From Azolla caroliniana (Eukaryota; Plantae; Polypodiophyta): DNA of 64,000 nucleotides. The stretch is from positions 2,418,001 through 2,482,000 of the forward strand of contig JBHGNT010000014.1 of NCBI GenBank assembly GCA_043228905.1, given 5' to 3'. Position numbers and translations under genes: made by a program. The first letter of the stretch is position 1. Every line of letters begins with the position of its first letter. Shown piece by piece: positions 24,001 to 36,150 of the stretch. The notes beneath the pieces were generated by a model. That model did no database searches and was not told where the DNA came from. It saw nothing but the letters and a program-made list of their open reading frames with translations.

Positions 24001-26328
24001 CGCTTTCAGCTTCTTGCCGGATTCCCTTTCCACTCTCGCGTGGAGTTCTTTGAAGACGGACAACACTTGGTCCTTTGTCTTCATCGGTGCCGTCCACAGT
24101 CTTCGGCTATGATCATCTATGAAAGTTACGAAGTACTGGGCTCCGCCATGTGACTTCGTTTCTACCTGACACACATCGGTGTGCACCAACTCCAATGGTG
24201 CGCTACGTCTCGTCGGTGGCCTTGAGTGGAAGGAGGTTCGGTTCTGCTTACCGGCCAGGCAATCGGTGCACTTCTCCAGGTGCACATGCTTCACTGGAAT
24301 AAGGTTGTCTTCTGCAAGCCTCTTCATCCCCTTCTCACTCATGTGGCACAGTCTTTTGTGCCACAGCTCACCGGCAGTGTCGGCTGCCACATTCAGCTCT
24401 TCCGGACATAACCGGGCATTCATCAGGTACAGTGTGTTGTCTTTCCGGGCCCGAGCCACTATCAGGCTCCCCTTGCTGAACTTCATTACGCCGTTCTGGA
24501 TGCTACCCGTGTAGCCTTCATCATCTAGCCTCCCGGCCGAAATCAGGTTCAGTCGGACCTCCGGAACGTGTCGGACATTCTTCAGCAGCATTTTACATCC
24601 GGTCGGGGTTGTCAACCACACATCTCCTATGCCGGCAATTCGGCACGTACCTTCGTTTCCCATCCGAACACAGCCATGCTCACCGGCTGTGTAGGATGAG
24701 AAGTATCTTCTCTCCGGGGTCAGGTGGAACGATGCTCCGGAATCGACCACCCAGGTCGTCTCATCGCCGGCAATGTTTAGTTCACCTTCTTCGGTGATGA
24801 GCATGATTTCTTCCTCACTTGCCGCGAGTGCCGTTGTTCCTTTCCGGTCCTGCCCTCGCCGATCCGAACCTCTCCGGTCCGTGGCTCCCCGGTATGCACC
24901 GTTTCTCTCCGGTGACTTCTTCGAATCGGTGTCGTCGGCTCCGTTGTCTTTTCGGTAATGCCGACAATTCTTTCGGAAGTGCCCCGGCTTCCCACAGTGG
25001 AAGCATGTGGGCCTTCCTCTTGACCGCGACCGGGTCCCCGACTTCTCTCGTCTTTGCGGACTCCGGTTCCATTGTCTTCCCCGATCCGATTCGGTAAGCA
25101 GCGCCTTCGAGTCGGAGGCCGGTTCTTTATCTCTCCGACGCGCTTCTTCGTTCAAAATACTTGTCTTTACCGTTTGTAAGGACAGGTTGTCTTCGGTGCA
25201 GGAGGTGCTGAGAGTCACCACCAAGTTCTCCCAGCTATCCGGCAATGTACACATCAGGATGATGGCTTGCATTGCATCCTCCAACGGGAACTTGATCGCC
25301 GCAAGCTGATTCACGAATCCCATGAACGTGCTTACGTGTTCCACCATACTCTCGCCGTCCCGGTACTTGAGATTTACTATCTTCCTCATCAGGGAGGTCC
25401 GGTTCAACGCATTCTTCCTCTCGTAGAGGCCCGACAGCTTCTTCCACATCTCATATGCGTTGGTGTCGTTCGCCACATGTTGTAGGACGCTTACATCGAC
25501 ATATTGTCGGATCGTCGCTACGGCTTTCCGGTTCAGGAGCTTCCACTCCGACTCAAGTACCCCTTTCGGTATTTCCGACCTGTCAATCGGTTCATACAGG
25601 TCCCGAACGATCAGAAGGTCCTCCATCTTGATCTTCCAATCGGCGTAATTCTGCGCGTTCAGCACCATCATCCCCGGCTGCCCGCTGCCGCCGCCTTCCA
25701 TTTTCTGCAACAGTCGCTCTGATACCAGATTGTTGTGAATCACCGCTTGGATTCACCTTCTTCCCTCGGCCACAACCGAGTAATCGCGGATCAATGGAGC
25801 AGAAAATAGGAACCAAAAGAAGAAATACACGAGACGCGTTTACACAGGGATTAACGTGGAAAACCCTAGATGGGAAAAACCACGGGAGTACGAGACTCCA
25901 AACCAACACTATACAGAGAAGTATACAATGGCGAGCTGCAAGGCGACGACCTTGAGCTCGCTGTCCTCGCCACAGGCGGCGGAAATACACAGAGGCGTCT
26001 ACCTCTTCCTCTCTCGCGCTCTATCTCTCTCTCTCTCTCTCTCTCACGGCTGCTTTCTCTCTTCACTCCTCTAAAGTGGAAAAACAGAAAAAGATCAGCA
26101 AACATAAAACTGTTTGCCCTAAGTCATATTTATACTTATATGACTTTGGGCTATTTACAACTGTAGCCTCAGGGGCCCATAGCGAACATATTCACGGATA
26201 TGTCCCTGCATCCGGATCGCTCTCCGGGTACATTCGTCATCCGGTGCCGAAACCGGGGTCTTCGTCATCCGGATCCGAAACCGAAACCGGATCCGACCAT
26301 CCCATCCGAAGGGACCGTAATCCCAACA
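21015..26328 (-). mobile_element. Intact, very young Ty1/copia LTR retrotransposon (Tnt1/Tork-like)
   Basis: LTRs 21015-21614 and 25731-26328 are nearly identical; TSD ATTAC. PBS-Met at 25716-25727; PPT AAGGGGGAG at ~21617-21625. Confidence 0.97.
21625..25701 (-). CDS. Copia gag-pol polyprotein (gag, CCHC knuckle, PR, IN, RT, RNase H)
   Basis: Open ORF from ATG 25701 (MEGGGSG). Motifs CFHCGKPGH, VDSGAS, HTDVC/DNGGEY, QMDVKTAFLHG, YVDDML, SDMLTK. Confidence 0.95.
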   Translation of the reverse strand: MEGGGSGQPGMMVLNAQNYADWKIKMEDLLIVRDLYEPIDRSEIPKGVLESEWKLLNRKAVATIRQYVDVSVLQHVANDTNAYEMWKKLSGLYERKNALNRTSLMRKIVNLKYRDGESMVEHVSTFMGFVNQLAAIKFPLEDAMQAIILMCTLPDSWENLVVTLSTSCTEDNLSLQTVKTSILNEEARRRDKEPASDSKALLTESDRGRQWNRSPQRREKSGTRSRSRGRPTCFHCGKPGHFRKNCRHYRKDNGADDTDSKKSPERNGAYRGATDRRGSDRRGQDRKGTTALAASEEEIMLITEEGELNIAGDETTWVVDSGASFHLTPERRYFSSYTAGEHGCVRMGNEGTCRIAGIGDVWLTTPTGCKMLLKNVRHVPEVRLNLISAGRLDDEGYTGSIQNGVMKFSKGSLIVARARKDNTLYLMNARLCPEELNVAADTAGELWHKRLCHMSEKGMKRLAEDNLIPVKHVHLEKCTDCLAGKQNRTSFHSRPPTRRSAPLELVHTDVCQVETKSHGGAQYFVTFIDDHSRRLWTAPMKTKDQVLSVFKELHARVERESGKKLKAIRADNGGEYRGQFQEYCRSKGIRLEFTVPKTPELNGLAERMNRTIMERVRSMLAHAKLPKGFWAEAMSTATYVINRSPSVPLDGDTPQRVWTGREVSYRHLKVFGCLAYVHVAKDRRGKLDPKTRPCIFLGYGDDEFGYRVWDPVDKKIFRSRDIIFMENKTLADWESEKKMKSSKSTGEDQLYGEQSRPARDRLALEDPAEDGEETEPAEEDENDTGTGPDPEMDSDEEEESEEPVTEAPERRYPLRERRAPRRFPEPEHVLLTDEGEPESFEEAKHDTQSRRWLSAMQDEMDSLHENHTYELVELPKGKRALRNKWVFKLKPGDAGNPPRYKARIVVKGFQQKKGVDFDEIFAPVVKMTSIRTVLSIAASMDLEVEQMDVKTAFLHGDLEEEIYMQQPEGFEKKGKEHLVCRLKKSLYGLKQAPRQWYRKFDSFMTDEGYLKTQSDHCVFVKKFEGGDFLILLLYVDDMLIVGRDQVKIRMLKKALHRTFSMKDLGSARQILGMHIIRDRKKKQLWLSQEKYVTKVLHRFNMSEARPVGSTLPANCKLSNKQSPKTKAEKEDMMKVPYASAVGSLMYAMVCTRPDIGYAVGVVSRYMSNPGKEHWNAAKWILRYLKGTANVCLRFGSGKPELDGFTDSDMSADADTSRSTSGYVMTYAGGAVSWQSRLQKTVALSTTEAEYMAAVEAGKEIIWMKDFIRELGIRQEEYRLYCDSQSAIHLAKNAAYHSRTKHIQRRYHWIRERIEDKEFVLTKIHTDENGSDMLTKVLTPDKLEACRKRIGLERHPMPK

Positions 26329-26735
26329 ATTACAATGTAAGAACCTACAATAACAACTCCAATGTAGTATCACTCACAGAAAACTAAACAATACTTCATA
26401 CATACATACATACATACATATATATATACACACACACATAGAAGTAACGGCTAGCCGTTACTTCTTTGTAACAGTTGTTTTGTCTTTTTCTTATTGTTAT
26501 TGTAATTGATATTTTGTCTTTATCCTCATAACTGATATTTTGTCTTTATCATTTGTGGTGTAAGCAAGTAATCTTAACACCCCCCCCCTTAGTTGTGACA
26601 CCACCAACTCCTCTATTTGGATGAATACTTAATTCAATATGGTGGCAACAACTCCAATGTTTTGCATTGGGTACTGGCTTGGTAAGAAAATCAACCCACA
26701 TAGCTTGTGTTGAAGTATGTCCAATAGAAAGGTTA
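26329..26735 (-). mobile_element. Old copia 3' remnant (RNase H end, PPT, LTR) hosting the young copia
   Basis: ...MWVDFLTKP..., then a G-run PPT at ~26580-26590 and LTR start TGTTAAGA at 26579. Confidence 0.6.
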
Positions 26736-27357
26736 GAGGGTAAAAGCATGCGAGTGGAAACACTATTATAGCTAATTAGCTACTAAAATGGCCACAGCTA
26801 ATTAGCTATTTGTTTAGCTAGTTTTTTGTGGGCAAATCATATGGAGGGTTTAAGAAATTTTACGTTTTATTAGTTAAATACATGTCATTTAATTTATGAG
26901 AATACTCAAATATTTGAACTTTGGTTTTTGACATAATGGAACTTGGGGAACAATGTCATCGTCTAAGGTCAACTTGAATGTCATCAAATTACTCATAATC
27001 CTGAGTTTGAGTTCGAACTCCAAACAGATGGAGTACTCTGAGCACAAACGCAAACGAAGCTCCTGTAGCAGTATAACAACTCTGAGATCGACATTGCACC
27101 TTTAGAGCTACAACACACGACCAATTTGATCCTTGTCCAGGTATGTATCAGTTACATATTAAAAAATAAATAAATTTTCCCTTTGATAACTATCTGTAAC
27201 TTTGGTGCTTGTTCATCTTTCCCAAAAATCAAATAGGGCAAAGTTGTTGGAGTCCCAAACAAGGATGTCTTGAAGATCGGGGTGTAGTAGTAGGTGTGTT
27301 TTTGATTGATAGAATTTTGTATTACGGTTGATTTCTGCCTTTAGTGATGATTAGGGT

Positions 27358-30300
27358 TGTTGAGCGGCAAGCTCAACCGGAGCCGGATCGGATGAATAAG
27401 CTGGAGCCGGTAAGCGAGACGGATCGAGCGAAACGGATCGGTATGACGGTGAACAACCGAACCGGCAAGCAGTGGAGGCCGGGTGCAATCCGTAACCGGA
27501 AGTCCAATCGGAAGCCTAGTATAGGATAGACTACTAGGTAGCTATAGTCTCGTAGTAAGTGTTAGATGCTCGTGTGAGCATTGAAGTACATGGTACTTCT
27601 GTCAGTCCCAAAAGGACTTGTATAAATAGTGCTACTTAGCACAGTGTGTGTACAGAGTCTTGATATAATTTTGAAATTGTGTTCTACTCTCTTTGTCTCT
27701 CTTGCTGTGTGTGTGTGTGTGTGTTGTTCTCTGTTTTACGCTTCCGCAAACACTTATGTTTACATGGTATCAGAGCGCGAGGGTTCAGAACCTCTGCTGC
27801 AGACATTTACTCTTGAGAAGAAAACCCTAACAGGTCGAAAACAGACACAGTAGAAGATATGGATAGAGGCATGGCTACGTCGCTCCCAGTGGAGAAGCTC
27901 GACAGGAGCAACTACGCATCCTGGTCTTACAAGATGCACCAGTACCTGCTTGGACACGGGTACTGGAGTTATGTCGAAGGAGCGAACGATGCGGCGCAAG
28001 ACTTGGCACACAAGGACTTCCCGGTATGGGAACAGGCGGCAAGCAGGGTGATGTACTGCTTCGCGTCCAGTGTCGGCGATAAGCTGCTCAGCCACATCCG
28101 TGACGCCAAGACACCGAAGGATGCTTGGGGGAACCTGAAAAAGGTTTTCGCCGCAAGCACCACTGCCCGGAGGCTGCAACTCAGATAGGAGTTGAGCAAT
28201 GTTCGACAGAAGAACATGTCCGTGGCAGACTACACGGGCCGGATAAAGGAGATCTGCGACTCGCTCGTCTCTATCAATGTTATCGTAGAGGAAGACGAGA
28301 TGGTGCAGGTATGTCTCGGAGGCCTGGCGTCCAAGTTCGGAGCGCTCCGGATAGCGGTGTGTACAAGGGAGAATACCCCCTCATTCTTCGACTTACAGTC
28401 GATGCTCCTTGTAGAGGAGAACCACGCCGGTGCATCTACCAGTGCATCCCCGGACAGCCGAATGCTGTACACGGGAACGGATCGGCTCCGTGGGCGTGGT
28501 GGAAAAGGTGGGTCGGCACGCAATGGAGGCGGCCGGCAAGAGCAGGAACGGAGGCACTATGAGCGTGCCGACAGCAGTTCTGGGACTTCCACAAGCAGGG
28601 GGAGTCAAGGCGGTGCCGGAGGCCGGCAAGACAAATCCGCTACGAAATGCTGGTACTGTGGAAAAAAAGGTCACAGGGAAAGCGAGTGTTGGAGAAAGCG
28701 TGCCAATTCGGACAAATCCAGATCCGGCAAGATCGGTAAGGATGGCCGGCAAAACTTGCACTACGCAAACGGATCAGGAGGATCCGGAACCGGAAAGGCC
28801 GGTAAGGGGCCAGCCTTGGTGATGAATCACAAGGCAAACTCAATGAAGAAGACCACTTCCAAAACGGAGGAAGTGTGGTATGTTGATTCCGGTGCATCGA
28901 ACCACATGACAAGCCACAAAGAGTGGTTCTCCTTTCTGGAGAAACCGGATCAACCAGGAGTAGTCGAAACCGGACACGACACTCCTCACCCAATCGTGCA
29001 CGTCGGAGAAGTCCCTCTAAGCCACGTCAGACAGAAAGGGAAGCTGATGAACATATTACACGTTCTGACAATCACGAAGAACCTGGTGTCCGTCGGTCAG
29101 ATTGTCGACCAGGGGATGCAGGTGCGGTTTACGCACCTCGGGTGCTTCATTGAGGATGAGGGCGAAGTTATTGCGCAAGGGCGCAGAGACGGGAGGATGT
29201 TTAGCCTCAACACCAATGACTTTGGCACCGCTCTGTTCGCGAAACGACAGAAGGTCAAGTCGGACATCGACCTGTGGCACAAGCGGATAGGCCACGTCAA
29301 CTATCGGAGGCTTCAAGACCTGCAAACGAAACAAGTCATTTTCGGTTTGCCGAAGTTCAGCGGTCGGAGAGCCGAAATTTGTGAAGCCTGCCAACTTGGG
29401 AACCAACACTGGCTTCCATTCCCCACCGAATGGAACCGGAGCCATAATAAGCTCGATCTCATCCATTCGGATGTGTGGGGACCGGCACAAAGTGTAAGCC
29501 TTGGCGGGAGCCGATACTTCGTCTCCTTCACCGACGACTATACACGATATACCTGGATCTACCTCATTGAGCGGAAGAGCGAAGTCTTCGACTGTTTCCG
29601 GAGCCTCCAGAAGATGGTGGAATGGGAATCGGAGAGGAAGATCAAATGCCTTCGGTCGGATGGCGGAAAGGAATATTTTTCCGGCCAATTCACTAGTTAT
29701 CTGCAGCAGAAGGGAATTCGGCGAGAGTTCAGCTGCAGATACACACCGGAGCAAAACGGTGTGGCCGAAAGGAAGAACCGGACACTCGTCGAAGCGGCAA
29801 GGGCAATGCTGGAGGAGAAGAGCATGCCTCGGTTCTACTAGGCGGAGGCGGTCCAGACGGCCGTCTACATACAAAACCGCATTGGTGACAAGGTGTCAGC
29901 TCATGAGCTGTATTTCGGGCGCAAGACACCTTCGGATATTCGGTAGCATAGCGTATGTGCATGTGCCGAATTAGAAGCGGAGAAATCTGGACGCAAAATC
30001 GGAAAAATGCATCCTAGTCGGCTATGCTCAAGAGCAAAAGGGGTATAAGTGTTATAACCCCCGGACGAAGGAAGTCCGAGTTAGCCGGGATGTCGAGTTC
30101 GATGAATTGGCATCCTGGTACTCCGTACCGACTCCGACTTCCAATCCCGACCCAATGTCGGAAGATCAGGCCAGTGAGCCTGAATCAGCCCTGGCAGAGG
30201 ATGATGAAGCTGGGACTCAAGATGAGAGTCCGGAATCGTTACGGTTGAGTGGACCGAACGTGCGACTGAGTCGGTTGGACCAGTCGGATGAAGAGATGGC

Positions 30301-33290
30301 AAGTGGTGGAGACTCTGCCGTGCTCTCCCCGCGCAAGGAACTGAGGAAACGGTTCACGCGCAAAGAGAAGGGGAAGAGGAAGATGCCGGAATTCGAAACC
30401 GGCAACGATGAGTCGGATCGGTGCGTATCTGACTCCGGAAAGGAGAAAGGCGGATCTTCGGCAACGAAGACCGAACTGGCCAAGAAGGGCCTCAAATCAG
30501 GTGACGGGGCATTGCGTCGATCAACCTGACAGAAGGATCCCGTCATGCGGTATGGGTACAATGAATACATGGCGCATCATTATGCGTACATGACTAAGGT
30601 GACAGAAGTGCGTGAGCCGGAGAGCTACGCAGAAGCGGCAAAGGACGCAAGTTGGCGTGCCGCTATGGACGAAGAAATGCGGGCACTCGATGCCAACGAA
30701 ATTTGGGACCTAGTTGATCCTCCCCGTCACTGTAAACCGGTCGGATGCAAGTGGGTGTACAAGGTCAAGTACAACGCCGACGGTTCTGTTAACCGGTACA
30801 AAGCCCGGTTAGTGGCGAAGGGATATGCGCAGACCCACGGAATCGACTACGACGAGACCTTCGCTCCTGTGGCGAAGATGACAATGGTTCGTGTGGTATT
30901 GGCGGTTGCTGCGGCAAGGGGGTGGCATCTTCACCAGATGGATGTGAAGAACGCCTTCCTTCAAGGAGAGCTTGAAGAAGAAGTCTTTATGACTCAGCCC
31001 CTCGGATTTCAATCGGAGATGAACAAGTCGGCGGTATGCCGATTGAAGAAGTCGCTTTACGGCTTGAAGCAAGCCCCCCGAGCTTGGAACGCGAAGATCA
31101 CGCACCAGTTGCGTAAGCTGGGGTTTGTTGTCTCTAAGTCGGACTCTTCGTTGTTCATCCGGCAAGGCTCTGACGGTCCGGTATGTATACTCTTGTATGT
31201 GGATGATTTAGTCATCACCAGACCGGGTCTTCCCGAAATCAACCGCGTCAAGTCCCAGTTGTCGGACGCATTCGAAATGAAGGACCTGGGGGACCTTCAT
31301 TATTTTCTTGGGATCGAAGTGATCCGGACCCCCGACGGCATATTGCTCTCACAACGACATACGTGTTGAATATGCTGTATAAGTTCGGCATGACGGATTG
31401 CCGACCTGTCTCCACACCTCTGGACCGGAACCAGAAGCTCCGTCCCAACTCTGGACCGGCCTGCAATGAAAAACGGTTCCGACAGGTTGTCGGAAGCTTG
31501 ATCTACTTAACCATCACCTGACCCGACATCAGCTATCCGGTCGGCATGGTAAGCCAGTTCATGCAGCAGCCGACCGTGGAGCACCTACAGTGCGCGCAAC
31601 GAATATTACGGTATGTCAGCGACACTAAGGACCGGGGACTGCTATACCGGCGAGGTATACCCGAAGAGCTTGTCGGTTACACAGATGCTGACTGGGCCGG
31701 CGATGCGTCTGATCGCCGCTCCACTTCCGGATACATGTTCTCCATAGGTAGCGCGGCCGTTGCGTGGAGCAGCAAGAAGCAGCCCACAGTGGCTTTGTCA
31801 AGCACTGAGGATGAGTACCGGGCCGCTACCATTGCCACTTGTGAAGCCATCTGGCTTCGGCGACTGCTGCGAGACTTGCGGATCGGGGTACCGACCCCAA
31901 TCCCGATTTACTGCGATAACATGAGCAGCCTGCAGCTCGCCAAGAACCCTGTGTTCCATGCTCGCACAAAGCACATCGAGGTGCACTACCACTTCGTGCG
32001 TGAGCGGGTCTTGAGCGGTGAAGTTGACCTACGGTATGTTCATACGGATCAGCAAGTTGCCGACATTTTCACCAAGCCGCTCGGATCAGACAAGTTGCAG
32101 CACTTTACCGACATGCTTGGTATTCAACATCTCGACGTGCTGCACTTGAGGGGGAGAAGCAAGGGCAAAGTCTCTACAGAAACGGGCAAAGGCCAAAGAA
32201 CTGTTGAACCCGTCGGTAAGAGGAGAGGCAGAAGAAGAGGAGACAAGAAGATGAAGGAAGCCGAGTCGACGAAGGAAGTTGACACATCCGAACAGGTCGG
32301 AGCAAGCGGCTGTGAAGAAGAGTTGTGCACTCAGGAAGAGAAGTGCATGCTGTGCGGAGGTCATCACGACGGTACTGACCATGATGCGGAATCGAATGAA
32401 GAATTCGATTTCGGTTCACCGGCTGAAGAAGCCGAGGGAAGCATGGAGAAGGCCAAGACTTGGAAGTGGTCTGATGTGGTGAGAGGCCTAAAGCCGGAAG
32501 TCGAATTGGAGTGTACCGATTCGGACAAGAGCTGGAACGAGTCGGAGACAGTTGACTCGGATCAACAGATGGATCCGGATGAGTCGGATCGACTGAAGGC
32601 CAAGGGGACACGGACACAGCAGAAGTCGATGCCATCGTGGGAGAACCGACGGATCGGCAAGCACCGGAGTCACAGCAACGTGAGTGCTGAGATGGGCCTA
32701 TTGAGCAGACATGCCGACCGAGAGGGTCGAGGCGCACAGAACCAAAGGGGTCGCGACAAACCGGACTGGACCGGACGAGGAGCGCGAGCAAGGCGGAGTG
32801 ACGCCAAGAGAAGTCGGTTGGAAGAACCGACTACCACAGAGGTCGACACTACGACCCCACCTCAGGTTGAGCTTGAGGGGGAGTGTTGAGCGGCAAGCTC
32901 AACCGGAGCCGGATCGGCTGAATAAGCCGGAGCCGGTAAGCGAGACGGATCGCGCGAAACGGATCGGTATGACGGTGAACAACCGAACCGGCAAGCAGTG
33001 GAGGCCGGGTGCAATCCGTAACCGGAAGTCCAATCGGAAGCCTAGTATAGGATAGACTACTAGGTAGCTATAGTCTCGTAGTAAGTGTTAGATGCTCGTG
33101 TGAACATTGAAGTACATGGTACTTCTGTCAGTCCCAAAAGGACTTGTATAAATAGTGCTACTTAGCACAGTGTGTGTACAGAGTCTTGATATAATTTTGA
33201 AATTGTGTTCTGCTCTCTCTGTCTCTCTCGCTCTGTGTGTGTGTGTGTGTTGTTCTCTGTTTTACGCTTCCGCAAACACTTACGTTTACA
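27358..33290 (+). mobile_element. Full-length copia family A element with a disrupted gag-pol
   Basis: 407-bp LTRs 27358-27764 and 32884-33290 (about 9 differences by eye); TSD AGGGT; PBS TGGTATCAGAGC 27765-27776. Gag/PR/IN/RT/RNH motifs with stops at 28186, 29839 and others, plus frameshifts. Confidence 0.95.
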
Positions 33291-33582
33291 AGGGTTTTTG
33301 TTTTCCTTAATTGGTTTAGGGTTTTTGATTACAAATTTTAGATTACAAGTTTTTGGTTACAAATTTCAGATTACTGTCGCAATGTGTTGTAATTTTGCAC
33401 CAATTCTCATGACAAATTCTGATTAGGGTTTCTGATTTTTTAAGTGGTTGATTTCTGATACATGTTGAAAAGGATAGAGTACAAATTTTAGATTACTGTC
33501 TCAAAGTGTTATAATTTTGCACCAAATTCACATTAAAAATTCTGTTTTTGCACCAATTCTAATTACTGATTTTCTATTTCAG

Positions 33583-35879
33583 GTGGCTAGTTCCTCCCTA
33601 TCCTAGAGTGCTAAACTTCACAAAATTTTGCAAGACAAAGGAGGACTTTCACAACATATATGGTCTGTCGCTCGAGGGTATTGACCTTGTTGTTCTAATA
33701 GATAGATTGATTAGTGATGTAGACTGGATGTCAGTATATAAAGTGCCTAGAGTGAAAGGCAAGGTCAAGGTCAAGCATGTACGACCGGACCTGTATGACG
33801 ACTGCATGAGATTGCACCAGAAATTACATCAAGATATCCTGGTCAACAACAAGTTGTCTGTTTCATTTGCCAGAGCTTTTGCATACGAGTATTGCAAAAC
33901 AGTGAAGGAATCTCGTGACTTGCAACTATACGCCACACCGACACACAATGAAAGCCAATGTCGATGATATAGGTGAGACATTGATTAGCTATATGCTAAA
34001 AAATGTCCATGAAGCCTGTGAGACATTGAAGTTTTTTAAGACAGATTTAGAGAAAGCAACATTGGCTACTGCAATGGAGAGCAAAGTCACTTTGGTAGTT
34101 ACAACAATTAGAAATAAGATTCAGGTACCTATTGTTTTGCTAGCATGTAATATGTTATAAATAACTTGTACATGAAAATGTGTTAGTGGGGCACCCGTGG
34201 GGCATTATCTGGAACAGGTTGCTCAACATGAGCTTGAAATTGAGGGGTCCTTGGATCCCCAACGGAAAATTTAACTGTAGACAGAGATAAAGATCCAGGT
34301 TCTTTCAATGAACCTGGACCTTCTAGGTGTAAATACTATCGCTGATTACAATTTGGACAAGCTACAAGTAAGTTAATGATTCTTGTTTCGTGTTGTTGTA
34401 TCTTCCTCATTAAGGAATAATTAATCGGTAAATTTCTCAGCTGCGTTGAAGGAACAATACTCCCGTCAAGAACAGGTAGTTAGCTGCCTTAAGAAGCAGC
34501 GACAATTTGTGGCGGGGATGGTAAGGAGTAGACAAGAATTGGACTTGAACATTCTTGCTCCCTTACCAAATGAAGGAGAACCAGGAAACGATATATTGAC
34601 TATTCAAGCCCGTTGCATCGCTTGCGGATTATGTGTACAGGACAAATTGATTGCTACTTTGTTGGTTAACCTAAAACCATGCCAACACACATATCATATC
34701 GTTTGTTTTCAATATGTCTGTCGCATTGTTGCATTATGTTTGGCGGATTGTAGTACAACTTTCCCAGATGAGTGGAGAAAACTAACAGGTAAAATTGTTA
34801 CTTGTGACCATAGTGTAGCTAATTAGTTACATCTTTGCTAATTAGGTAAGCCGTATAAAGTGTGGAAACTATTTAGATGTTATGGTTGTAGTGTAGTAGC
34901 TAATTAGCTAACATGTAGTTAATTAGCTAAGTGGTAGCTAATTAGCTACTACCATACTTTAGTTGAGTAGCTAATTAGCTAAGTGGTAGCCAATTAGCTA
35001 CTACCATAGTTTAGTATAGTAGCTAATTAGCTAAGTGGTAGCTAATTAGCTCTTAGCTAATTAGCTACTACCATAGTTTAGTTGAGTAACTAATTAGCTA
35101 AGTGGTAGCTAATTAGCTACTACCATACTTTAGCTGAGTAGCTAATTAGCTACTACCATTGTTTAGTTGAGTAACAATTTAGCTAAGTGGTAGCTAATTA
35201 GCTATTACCATACTTTAGTTGAGTAGCTAATTAGCTGCTACCATAGTTTAGTTGAGTAACTAATTAGCCACTACCATAGTTTAGCACAATAGCTAATTAG
35301 CTACTACCATACTTTAGTTATAGTGACTAATTAGTACTATACTTTAGTTGAGTAGCTAATTAGCTAGCTGGTAGCTAATTAGCTACTACCATACTTTAGT
35401 AGAGTAGCTAATTAGTTACTATTGATGAGGAGATAGCTGCCAACGTGGCTGAAAGTAAGAGTCTTGTTATCACATCTCCTTTAGATCAGCTCCACTTGAT
35501 TCTTTTGGAAGATTGTACTGAATTAGGCAACGATGTGAAAAGCCATGAAATATTGGAAACAACATGTAAATCTAAGGTTCACAACAATAGTGTTTTTGAA
35601 CACTTGATGCAACATTTCTTCAAATCCCAAAACCTTGATTCCACCCCACCGAGCCCAACTACTGATAATGTCCAAACAGATCCCACTGTATTGGAAAAGC
35701 TAGCGCAAGACGCGACTGATGTGCAACCCGCTACTAAGGTGATGGAAAGGTTGTTGGAGGAGGACACACTTGCGCAATGGGTCAAAGAAGCAAGGCTAAA
35801 TGGGCAACCGACTAGAAAAAGGCTGAAGAAGGGGCCACCATCGGGGACAAGACCAGTTACTCGGTCAAGGCGCTCTTGA
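33583..35879 (+). pseudogene. Spliced transposon cargo gene with a RING-like Cys/His domain (first exon probably 26953-27140)
   Basis: GT-AG bounded segments; CIAC...PCQHTYHIVC...C...C in 34441-34788; basic C-terminal exon to 35879. Contains stops/frameshifts. Confidence 0.5.
34815..35420. repeat. Palindromic TAGCTAATTAGCTA minisatellite (probably intronic)
   Basis: Many copies with ACTACCATA(C/G)TTTAG spacers, between the RING exon and the next exon. Confidence 0.9.
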
Positions 35880-36150
35880 ATTGGAGCGAAATACTTATTA
35901 GTGGGATATGATCACTAGCGATTTTCCTAGGGTTTTATGATGTTTTACTATGATCTTTTTGGACAAGTAAAACCTCATATTGGTTGTTGCTTGATCCACA
36001 TTATGTAATGGAACTCTATGATGTTTCTCCAAGATAGTTATGTTCATGTTGTTCTATGATGGAAAATATTTCATGTTCATTATGTTGTTTTCTGAGACTA
36101 TTCGTTACTTTGTGAGTGTGAATATGTTGGTGTTTTCTGATGTTGCAGAG

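Noticed and set aside
26761-26775. CACTA terminal inverted repeat
   Set aside because: CACTA lies 25 bp inside the apparent junction, no matching end was found, and the transposase motifs are not CACTA/TnpD-type.
28186-28188. Programmed TAG read-through in gag, possibly served by the tRNA-Gln array
   Set aside because: The sister copy has a sense Gln codon there (LRQELSN), and the element has other stops and frameshifts that fit methyl-C deamination and decay.
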